Source: Vitrella brassicaformis CCMP3155 (taxonomy: Eukaryota; Protista; Chromerida). Taken from it: a stretch of DNA of 64,000 nt. The position numbers were made by a program, and so were the translations under genes. The notes below the pieces were generated by a model. That model was not told where the DNA came from and ran no database searches. It saw only the letters and a list, made by a program, of their open reading frames with translations. Where the stretch lies: the NCBI GenBank assembly GCA_001179505.1, contig CDMY01000170.1, positions 116,057 to 180,056 of the forward strand. The letters run 5' to 3'. Numbering within the stretch: the stretch's first letter is position 1; each line of letters opens with the position of its first letter. Positions 12,661 to 23,409 of this stretch are shown here, in pieces.

Positions 12661-13019
12661 CTCCTTGGAAGGAGCTCATTCCCTTCCTCCTCTCTCTGAG
12701 CTAAGCTCGCAGCGGTGACGCGGAGATCGTTGCCGCTGTTCCCTTCTTCGTTGCAGGAGGAGCGACCTGAAGCGGCCTCCCATTGACGCCTGCCGCAAGA
12801 TGCCCGCCGCTTGGCGCCACTTTGTTCCGACGTCGTGTCGAGCAGATCAGAGAGGCAGTGGCACTGGCAGTCTCTCTCAGCCACCTTTGACTTACGCACC
12901 GGTCAAAGGACGGACGCCAAGCTGAGCGAGGAGCGCCCCGGCCGCTCGCGTGTCTCGACTTCTTCTCGAGTGACGCGTTTCCGCCGTCTTGGCTCCGCCG
13001 AGGCTCTTCGTCTGACTTG

Positions 13020-16000
13020 ATGGCGTCCAGCAGTGCAGAAGCGCCCTCGTTCCTTCCCTATCTTCCCGCCAACACTTCATCTAGCCCCAATCAGGTCAGT
13101 CACCACAGATGGTATGCCACATCTTGCGACAGCGCTCGCACCGCATCACTGTGTCTGCGTGTTGTCTGGGTGTTTTGTGTGGTCAGGTGGCGGGATCCCC
13201 GACCCCCAGCAGTTTCCTGCTGGCGGACCGCTTCTCGCCCGGCATGACGGCGGGCATGGCTGAGACGCCTCTGGCACTTCTGGAGCCGTCAGCCGTCACC
13301 TCACACACGAGCGGGAGCGATGCGATGCCGCCGACGTCCCAGCCCCCTCTGTACTCCCCCGTGCTGTCGGGCAGTGGTGGTGGTGCTGGCAAGACGGCGA
13401 GTGGCCTGACGTGGGAGAGTGTGTGGACGTGCAACCCCAGCCCGCAGGACAGCGACAGGGGCAGCCTCCTGTCCGCACAGATGCCAAAGGGGGTCGTCAC
13501 GCCGTTCCTCGACTGCCCAGACACAGACCACAAGGACGACACGGTCGCTCAGACCCTTCCCAGCCACCCCTTCGCTGACAACAGCGCCACCACCACCAGC
13601 AACAGCACCGATCGCACGAGCGGGTCCTTTGCAGACAGCTCCGATCGGACGGCGGCTGTGGGTGGGGGAGAGGAGGTCAGCCGCCATGAGGCGGCGGAGC
13701 AGCCGCGTGTGGACTCTCCTGCTGTGCAAGTAGAGGTGGTGGAGGGGAACTACCACCAGCAGCAGCAGCAGCAGCAACACAACACCGACCAGAATGCTCC
13801 TTCTTTCCAGCAGCACGACAACCAGCAGCCGCAGGGTAATGGTCTGCAGCATATCCAACAACAGCAACAACAGCAGCCAGGGCAGCAACAGCAGCAGCAG
13901 CAGCAGCAGGCGGCGGCGGCGGCGGGGGATCAGAGTACCACCGGAGTGGCGGCCGTGGCTCTGAAGAATGCAGTGGGGCCGCACACGCTGACGCCCCAGG
14001 TGATAAGTGAGCTCATGAAGCTGCCCAGGACCAAGACGGGCGAAATCATGAGCGTCGGATCCCTTCTGCACGAACGAGGTCAGCGGGAGGAACAAGGCAG
14101 GCAAGACGGGCTGTGCTGTCATGGTATCTCTCTTGTTCGTGTCAGGCTTGTGCAAGCCGTGTGTGTTTGTGTCCAAGAAGGGCTGTGCCAACGGGATGCG
14201 GTGCCTCTTCTGCCACTTCGAACACGAGGCCAAGCGCCGAAACAGATCCCGCCAAGACCCGGACCACCCCGCCAACCGAGCTGCCGCCATGGCTGCTGCG
14301 GCCGCCGCCGTCAAACCTACACCAACCACACCCACCACCGCCACCTCTAGCACCATTGCCAACACGGCCACTAGCACCAGTCGGCTGTCTGCCAACGCAG
14401 CCAACTTCCAGCCAAACCCGGCCGGCACCACACAGCTGTTCCTCGAGTTGGCATTGCCCCAGGAGCAGCGGCAGGAGCAACGACAGGGCTACTCGCCCGA
14501 CAGCACACTGTGCCGCTCGCCGTGGCAGGACAACAACATTACCAGCAGCATCAACAAGACCAACACCAGTCCCAACCCCCACCAGATGCACCACCTGGCC
14601 AGCCACGGCCACAGCCACAGCCCGGCGGGTAGCTACGGCGGCAGCAGCAGCTACACCCACACACAGAGCCAGCCCACCTACATGCAGTCCCCCGACCCCT
14701 TCGCCACCCAGCATCCCTCACCGGGCGCCAGCAGCATGCCCGACCAACCGCCAGCGCGGTCCCCTCTCCGTCCATTACCTCACCGAGTGCTCAACAGGCC
14801 CCTGGCGCGGCCGAACAGGCCTGCTGGTGCTGCACCGACACGGCCACCGGTGGTACTCCGGGTGGGGGCGGGCGTCCTCCCTACCCCGGCGGCGGCGGGC
14901 GTCCTCCCTGCCCCGGCTGCGGCGGGCGTCCTCCCTACCCCGGCTGCGGCGGAGCGAGGGGTGAGGGAGGATCCCGCCCGCCGCTCGCCGGTGTCACCGG
15001 CTGCCCAGCCGGATCGTGCGACAATGCCGCCCCCGTACGAGGACAACGGGTTTGCCAAGGACAATGGGCGGGGCCGGCGGCTGTGGAAGAGGTCACCTGC
15101 AACAGTGACACTTGTCATGAAAGGCCGTCGCCGGCAGGACCAGGGCTTGAACCAGAACCAGACCCAGAACCCACCCAGCACCACCAGCAAGACCAACACG
15201 CCAGAGGGGGGAGAGCGAGAGGGGAAGGGCGTCTTCCTGTCACTCGTGGACCTCATTGACGGCAAGGGCGCGACAGAAGCCGCCACTGTCAAGGGGGAGG
15301 ATGCCAAGACGTCGCTGTCGGGCTCATTCCGTCCTGCAGACACCTCGTCGTCGGCCATCGCAGCTGCTGAGGCCGGGACGGAGGGCAACACGGCAGCCGA
15401 CAAACACGCCGCTATCGCAATCGTGGGGCCAGCCACCGACGGCCAGGCTACTGCCGACTCCCAGCAGGAGGGTGCGGGCAGCGATGCGGTGTCTGCCTCT
15501 CCCCAGGACACCATGTCTTATCTCAAGGAGCTCATCGGCAGCGACCCCCAGGCCACGGCACTCCTGTCCTCTCTTGTCGACCTGCTGTCCACCAACCCAT
15601 CCACCCCGACCGAGGCAGGGGCGGACAAGAACAGCCCCCAACAGCAGCAGCAGCAGCAGCCAGAGACACCGCAAGGGACGGATCGGTCTGCTTCCCGCAT
15701 GCCCCAGGAAGAAGAGTCGGTGCCCCGTTTCCGCGCCACCCTCAATCCCCACGCTGCCAGCTTCTTCGGCGGTCGTGAGCAGCACGTCATCCTCACATCA
15801 CACACACCGCCGCAGACCACCACCGCACCCCAACCCAAGACCACTGAAGGTGCCGGCAGCAGCAGCAGCACCAAGTGGCGCACGGATGTCGATGGGGCCA
15901 GTGCGTCGCGAGGGCAGCGGGCCTACCAGGACTCCTCCGCCCATCCGTCGGCCGATGGGTCTATGTCGTCCCTCATGGCTGAGGCCAAGAGCGGCCGGCC

Positions 16001-17529
16001 GGGGCTGCTCACGCTCTCCGAGCAGGCACACGAGCTCCTCAGAGGCCTCGAGGGCGCCAGCACAGCCACGCCGGCCAACGGGGCGGCGCCAGCACGGCCC
16101 TCGCCGGAGAGCAATCGCACGACGAACAATCGCAACAGCCGCGACAATGGGCAGCTCGACGTGGCGGGATCAGTGACATCGGCATCATCGCAGGGCAGCG
16201 GCGGTGGCAATGTGGGTGGTGCGGCGGGGAGTTCGCAAGTGGGTCCCACCACTGGGCTGTCTTATGAGCAGCTGAGGAACTTGAAGGAGTACCATGAGCA
16301 GCAACTGGAGGCCATCAACGCACAGCTGCAGCGGTGAGTCACCACACACAGACAAACCGATAGACAAGCCTTCGACTAAACGATTCATGTCTTTTGTGTG
16401 TGATGTTTGTCTGCCTGTTCTTTCTTCTGCAGCTACCAGGCCCCTCCCCCGCCGCCCCCTCCTCCACCCCCTCCCCCACCACCGCCCGTATCAGAGCTGC
16501 TCAGGCGTCCTCCATGGTCGTCCTCCCAGCCCCAGCAAGTGTCCGGCAAGCAGCGGCCCATCCAGGGGTCAGAGCACAAGAGCGGCAGTGGGGGCGTCGG
16601 CACCGTCCACTCACACGCACAGCTTCACGCGCTGCTCGACCAGCTCATCCAGAGCCACCAAGACAATCAGGCGGCCAGTGGCAAGGACGATACCACCACC
16701 ACCCTGGCGAGGGACTCCGACGTCCAGTTCGTGTCGCCCGTGTCGCAGAGCAAGTCGCCTGATGACAACGACACGGCGTCGAACGAGCAGTTCCTATCGC
16801 CGCTCCCCCACACCACATCGCGCGCCAAGCCCGACACCGGCAAGACCAAACTGTGCCTGGATCGACTGCTCGACGGACGGCTGGCCGACGAGGGCGCGGG
16901 AAACCATCACGGGGGCGGCGAGAATGAGATGTCGCCCGCCACCAAGGGCGTACTCGACGGCCTCTTCGCCTCCGTGGGCGGCAAGGGGGAGGTGGGCGTT
17001 GGTGAGCAGGAGCAGCATCAGCAGCAGCAGCAGCAGCAGGGGGAGCAGCAGGGGCATGTGGGTGTGTGTGAGGATACGAACGTGTTGCCGCTGGAGAAGC
17101 TGACGGTGGACCTGCTGTCGAAGCTGCCCCAGGACCGCGACGGCAACATCCTCTCGGTGGGATCCATCCACCACCATTCAGGTGCGCCACGACACGACAC
17201 GATACCACACACGAGAAAAGCCCCCCGTGCGGTGGGGTGCGGCATGGCATGGATGATATGATCTCGTGTGTGCCTGCCTTGTTTCCGGCTCACCTGTAGG
17301 TCTGTGCACCCCCTGTGATTCGGCCAAGGAGTGCCCCAAGGGCATCCGCTGTCTCTACTGCCACTTCGACGAGTGCAGCAACACCAACACCGCCGCGACG
17401 GCAGACCCCCGCCCCCACGACCCAGACAGATTGCTGCAGATCGCAGTGTCCAGGGGTGTGAGCCCGTCCATCGCAGCGGCCGCCGCCATGGTACCCCTCC
17501 CGACACAGCAGCGCCCCGACGGCCGTTGA
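13020..17529 (+). CDS. Large low-complexity (Q/S/P/A-rich) protein with two SVGSxxH-GxCxPC...C...CxxCH (C3H1-like) zinc-finger motifs; 5 exons
   Basis: Spliced motifs SVGSLLHERG|LCKPCVFVSKKGCANGMRCLFCHF and SVGSIHHHSG|LCTPCDSAKECPKGIRCLYCHF. Exons about 13020-13096, 13187-14078, 14146-16333, 16432-17182, 17300-17529. Poly-Q tracts and three AGVLP(T/A)PAA repeats at about 14866-14950. Confidence 0.8.
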
Positions 17530-19748
17530 AGCCGGCACGATGGCACCGGCAGCGGCGGCGATGACGAACTGCCGAAAGAGGAGTCGCCCTCACGCAACCA
17601 GTGAGGCCGCCAGGCAGGGAGCGAGGGAGGGACAGAGAGAGAGGGAGGGAGGGAGGGTCTGCTGACAGTACGGTAGTGGTAGATGATCTCAGCTGACATC
17701 GGCCTTCTTAGCGAGTGCCGGCCGGCCGGCCGGGTGGCTGCATCAAACAAACGTTTCGCAACTCGTTTTTCCTTTCTCGGCGGCCCTGCTAGGCTGTGCT
17801 GTGGTGTGCTGTGCTCGGCAGCCAGCCAGCGTGTTGTGGGTTTTCTTCGGCTGTCTCTCTGCCCGTCTGCCTGTGGGGGCTGGCGGGTCGGGTGGCGTTT
17901 CCTTTTCTGTTTTCTTTCCTGTGCGTCTCGTCTGTCTGTCTGTCTGTCTGATGGATGGATGGATGGCCTACCTGCCTGCCTGCCTGCGTGAGAGGGTGAG
18001 TGGGTGTTGTGTACAGGCAGGCAGCTGCGCAGGCAGGCAGACAGACGGACAGACCGGCGAAAACGAAAGGGGAACGGAGTGGGGAACGTGTCAAGCATCC
18101 ATCATTGGACCGATCAACGAATGGCTGATACCCATGCCTAGGTGCACATACGCATGCCCATCTATCTCTGTGCGGGTGTGCGGGTGTGTGGATGGATGGA
18201 TGGATGGCTGCGGTCAGTGCCTAGTGGCTGGCTGCATCGAGGCGGGAATGCGTGTATGTGCCGACTAATTAATTAAGGGAGGAAGGAAACAAGGGTCTAG
18301 TCTACCTTTCTGTCTGTCTACATACAAAGCCGATGTAGCCAATATATATGCGAGGGAGCTGCAGCAAACCAGGGAGGCATGGGAGGGAGGGAGGGGAGGG
18401 AGGGAGGGGAGGGCTCGTGTTTTGGACGAATCCTTTTTCGGCTTGCATGGATGTGCACGTTGGATGGATGGATGGATGGCTTGGCGAGGGGTGTGGGGTG
18501 GAGTCGATGGTATGGTTTATAGAGAGAGAGGGCGGCTGGCTGTGGCTGCAGTTCGCAAAGGCGATCGATCTCTTTTCGGCTGTGTTGTGTTGTGTACGCT
18601 ATGTATGCTGGGCCTGTCTGTCTTTTGTGTGCATAATTAACGAACGACTGACTGACTGATTGACACATCAATGGATCAATCAAGGACTGACTGACAGGAA
18701 GGCAGGCCTCTCCTGTCGTCTCGTCTCGTCTCGTCTCGTCTCGTCTCCCTCTCTAGCGAAAAGGCCTGTATACCGACACACCGACCTGCCTGCTACTTTT
18801 CTTTCGATGCATGCCGGTCAAAGGGCGGTGTGCGCGTTATGAGTGAGAATGATGGATGATGGCGATATTGACAGAAAGTGAGTGCATGGATGGCATGACG
18901 CGCAGCGAAAACACTGCGCCGCTCTTTTGTTACATAACAAACAATACATTCGGCCCGGGGGTGGGTGGGGGTGAGGGGAAGGGGAAACAGGGGAGGGAGG
19001 GGGGAGCCTGGCGAACGCAGTGCAGCCAGCCAGCTGCGTCGATGGGGTCGGAAAGAGATCCACAAGACGTATAATAAGCAGCCAGCCAGGGAGGGAGCCA
19101 GGGAGGGAGGGAGGGAGGCGGGCAAAGGTGACACTACCCACTTGCAAGCTGATTTGTACCAGAGGGCATTATGCCTTTTGCCTCACAGACAGAAAGCCCA
19201 CTGGCAGACATATTTACGTGAGGGAGGGAGGGAGGGAGGGAGTGAGGGGTCCCTATTCCTTCTTCCTTCCTGCATGTGCCTTCAGTGCCCTCCTTCTGTC
19301 GCTCTCTCGATTGCATGTGCGTGACTCGATTGCATCCACGTCATTCATGTCAGCCAAAGGCACACACACACAAAGCAACCAGCCCCAATCGTTTCTTCTC
19401 TGTTGCTGTTCAATCCATGGGGAACGGGTCAGCTGTTGCGGTGCGGCCCCTCCTCTCTGTGCCCATCACTGTCTGCCGTGATCTGTCTTGTCTGTCTGAC
19501 CTGCTGCCCAAGGCCGTATGGCCGGGTCTTGTGTGTGTTGCGTGTCTGTCTGTCTGTCTGTCTGTCTGCATGTCGCAATTCGAGACACTGACTGATATCA
19601 GTGCCGCGTGTGTGGTGGAAGGAAGGATGGATGGATGGGATGGACGGACAAGGAGAACGGTGGCTATGACGGATCGATTCGATGCATCCAGTGGCATCGA
19701 CACTGCCTGTCAGTCAGTGAGAATGAGTGGGTGGATCGGCCGCATAGC

Positions 19749-21184
19749 ATATATGGGCGGCGCGTGTCGTGTCGTGTCGTATCGGTGTCCGGACACGTAA
19801 TTCAATGTTGAAAAACAACACTAGCATTCAAGTCGCCCTGCCGCTTGCCAATGCCCGTCAGAAACGAGTCAGTTGTTCAACCGAATCTTCTCACGATGAT
19901 GACTTTGTGTGTTGGCACGTGTCACTGTGGGAGGCCTTCGTCAATGCAGCTTGTGATGGGCTTCATGTAGATAAATGCGCGTGGCACGCCCCATGTCTGT
20001 CTGTGTCGGAAACCAATCCGCACACACATGACACATGACATGACACACATGATACACACGACACACACGACACGGAAAAAAACCCGACATAAAAGCCGTG
20101 GGCTGGCGTGGGCTGGCGTGGGCTGGCGTGGTGTTCATTGGCTTGCATCCCTGACAGAGTCTGCATTACAACAAATTGACGTCGGATCAGCCAACCCAAA
20201 CCAGTCAACAAAAGAAAGGTCACCACCCGAGGGGCAACGCTAGATGTATATATATATACACGCAGCCAGCCAACGAGCTGCTGGCCAGCTCACATGATAA
20301 CACACTCGCTCTGCTTCTTCCTCTCCACCTTTTCGTCACTCCGCCCGTCACCCCCCTTCATGGCCTCCTGTAAGAGAGACTCGTCGCATCTCCTTCGAGC
20401 CACTGTGCCAGCCCGCACGGCCACAGCTGAGTGAGGGCATCCAGTCAGCCAGAACAAGAAAACACATATGAGCGCTTGTCCGTCCGCCCGGACGGCACGC
20501 GCTCAGGTACGTACCTGTGTCACTGTTCTCCTTTGCGCTGACAGGCGTACCGTTGGCCGCTGAATGGAAACACATACACAGACGATGGAGAGAGTGTCAT
20601 TCTACACGCACTTGGATTGCCGGTGTGTGTCCATCACGTCACTCACGAGCGTACCTTCCGACACGTCTGGCACTTCTCTGTAGAAGACGATCGGTTTGGT
20701 CCGCAGGAAGCCCTCGCGTTCGGCAAAGAACACGTCGGGTTTGTCGTCGGGGTTGACGCGAAAGTGTCCTTCGAACTGGATCTCGTGTGGCTGTGCGCCA
20801 GAGTACACGTGGTACCACTCTACCATACTCTCTTGAACCTCCCTCATCGTCGCGCAGTCCTCCATCCGAGTAAGCATCCCCCACTCCCACTCCCGCTTCC
20901 GATACCAGCGCTCCACCGACATCCGCAAGCGTCTACCGCTTCAATCAGGCGTCTGGTCGTCCCCCTTTCAGGGCTCAATCCGCTTCAATTTCTCGGCAAG
21001 CCAGGAAGTTTGGAGCGGTGTCAGGGAGCACCCTAGGCCGTGATGGCATAGGATATATGCGGCGGCGCGTGTCGTGTCGTGTCGTGTCGTATCGGTGTTC
21101 GGACACGTAATTCAATGTTGAAAAACAACACTAGCATTCAAGTCGCCCTGCCGCTTGCCAGTGCCGTCAGTCGGAAACGAGTCG
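19749..21184 (+). repeat. Dispersed direct repeat of about 125 bp (about 19749-19870 and about 21053-21184) flanking a small gene
   Basis: Shared ggcggcgcgtgtcgtgtc...atcggtgt(c/t)cggacacgtaattcaatgttgaaaaacaacactagcattcaagtcgccctgccgcttgcca. Confidence 0.9.
20290..20922 (-). CDS. Small 3-exon protein ending in the CaaX motif CVIM; N-terminal part possibly a divergent ubiquitin-like fold
   Basis: Exon 1 MSVERW...VPDVSE (phase 1), exon 2 AANGTPVSAKENSDT (phase 1), exon 3 AVAVRAGTVARRRCDESLLQEAMKGGDGRSDEKVERKKQSECVIM* (TGA 20292-20290). Both introns are GT-AG and phase-compatible. Confidence 0.65.
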
Positions 21185-22055
21185 TTCACATTGTCCTTCA
21201 CCGTTCATGGGTCAGTCAGTCAGTCAGTCCACCAGAGAGTTCCTGACAGGGGTATTTCAGGCGGTGCGTACTGTCAACAGACCTGTCCTGCTGGACAAGC
21301 AGCCTCTGGCGGGAGTCATTTAACTCCCGCTGGTGTCTGCAGCCCCGCGTGGAGAGGCAAGTTGTCAGCACGTACCCTACTCGCCCCAATTGCTCACTTG
21401 CCCACTCAGCCATCCCATCCCATCCACACCACAGTGACTCGTCCCTCACTCAACTCACGTATGGGATGGATGGATGCTCCAATGAATGAATGAATGCACA
21501 TATGACATGCGCCAGGCCAGGACGCATCGTCAATCTACCAGCGATCCAAAAAACACGATGAAGGGGGGGCGGCAGGAGGGGGAGGGGAGGGGAGGGGAGG
21601 GGGGAGGCCTTACACACATCGTGCAGCACAATACAGTGCACACTCAATCACAGCACTCTCTCTCAACGGACAGAAAGAAACAAAGCAAACTTGCCACCAT
21701 GTCCACACGCAGTGCCGGACGGGACGAGTGCATTCAAGCCACGACAGCGCTCTGGGTGTGCGCGAGCAGAACGAGAAGAACTTCGAGACCGTTCGAGGCC
21801 TCAAGCCCTCCGTTTGTCTGCACCCTCACAGCACACCGCAGCTCCCGCACAGCACACGCGAGCATTGCAGACAGACCGTGCAGTCGATCACTCAAGTCGT
21901 CAAGTAAGATAGAAAAAACAGCAGTGGTACACGGTGCCGGCAGGGCACCGCATTCTTCTGCAGACACACAGTGAGAGCAAAGATAGATAGCTGAGCACAT
22001 GTGAGAGTATGGGGGCCGTCATTCTCTCACCTTGTAAATGTGTCGTGTTGTGTGT

Positions 22056-23240
22056 TTAGATGGAGTGCCGCTTGACCAGTAGGTCGCTCATGGTGCTCAT
22101 CTTCTCAAACGCCGCCGTCAAGTGATACACCCTCTCCAGCACCTGACCATGACAACAACGCACAGCACACACACACACAGCCCCGTGTGTCTGTTTCCTT
22201 CCGCGTGTGTGTGGCGTCTGGCTCACCTCCTCGTTGTTGCTCCAGACATCGATGAGCGCCTGTCCGTAGCCGTCCTCTTTGCAGCCCTTCGCGGCCTCCA
22301 TTGCGCTGTCATTGTTGATGGCCTCCTCGATGAGCTCCACATCGTTGAAGTCAAAGCCCAGGTCGGCGAGCCGCTGTTTGGCCATGGCCACCCGCTGCTC
22401 CTGCCTCTGGCGCTCCTCATCGGCCATCTCGGCCGAGCCCCAGCCCTCACGACCACTGGTGATGTGAAACATACCGCCTGAGCAGATGGAATGAAGAAAA
22501 AATCCATCAGAGACCCTCTGTGTGTGTACCATGCAGGCAGCCAGGTGTCCCTACAGCGGAGTCGCAGCACGAGCTGGAGGTGCGCCATGTGTTGGATGTT
22601 GTAGTTGCCGAGGAGCTGGTCGTCCTTCAGTTGCGACCCAGCAAAGATGAGCCGCTGCTGGTCCGGCGGGATGCCCTCCTTGTCGTGAATCTTGGCCTTG
22701 ACCTCCTCAACAGTGTCGTACGCACTCACGTCCAGAACAAAATGCTTTCCTGACACGACACATGCACAATAAGAGAGACACTACAGGTATCTCCAGTGAT
22801 ACAGATGCTGGCCATACGCACATGTCCGTGTATCTGACGAGTATGTACCAGTCAGAGTGGTTAGAGTGATTTGCATGTCCTTGTCCTTGCACCGGCGCAA
22901 CTCAGTGTCCTTGCCCACCATGGCCTCGGTGACGTCGACCGCCTCATGCTTGAGCTGGCTGGGCGCCGCCATCTGAACGCCCACAAGTCAGTCAGCAATG
23001 ACAGGTAATCGGAATCTCCTGTGTGGGGGCATGTGCTCGGCGTGGACATACCTGCTTCTCGGGGGCCATTCCTGCGATGGTGGTGAGCATGGCGGTGGGG
23101 CTGGCGCGCTGGACGGAGGGGCGGCCGAAGATGGCGTCCACGCGCAAGTGCGAGTCGTCCATGCGCTTCCAGGCCTCCTGCAGACGCCCCAGGGCGATAG
23201 TGGACGAGAACATGGTGCTGGTAGTTCCGGCAACGGGCAT
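22056..23240 (-). CDS. Ubiquitin-like-domain protein with N- and C-terminal extensions; 5 exons
   Basis: Spliced [10 protein letters not shown]|[64 protein letters not shown]|[11 protein letters not shown]... Intron 22554-22478. ATG at 23240 or 23213. Stop TAA at 22056. Confidence 0.88.
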
Positions 23241-23330
23241 CGTATATCGCTGATACAAATGGCGACAGAGAAAAGGCTTTTCCTGCTGGCACTCAACTCG
23301 AATATATATCTTCGTTGAGCCTATTCCGTA

Positions 23331-23370
23331 TTCCGGATCCTACGACAAGACGAGCAGTTTCCGGATCCTG
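23331..23370. promoter_or_regulatory. Repeated TTCCGGATCCT motif (2 copies) in the divergent promoter between the UBL and PsbP-like genes
   Basis: Two copies at about 23331 and about 23359. A regulatory role is inferred from position only. Confidence 0.3.
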
Positions 23371-23409
23371 TGGCAAGACTGCGAGCTTCGAATAGGAATG
23401 CGAGCTAAG

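Noticed and set aside
14142-16252. Long overlapping or antisense ORFs over the C3H1-like gene (e.g. 15256-16176 +, 14142-14714 -)
   Set aside because: Shadow ORFs expected from GC-rich coding sequence.
19800-19826. Hairpin plus CTAG resembling a Helitron 3' end
   Set aside because: The hairpin is AT-rich and abuts CTAG, the next base is C rather than T, and homology between the two copies continues past CTAG.
21243-21275. CTGAAATACCC on the minus strand resembling a TPP riboswitch junction
   Set aside because: Lacks CUGAGA and the downstream ACCUGAU...UAAU...GCG.AGGGA elements.
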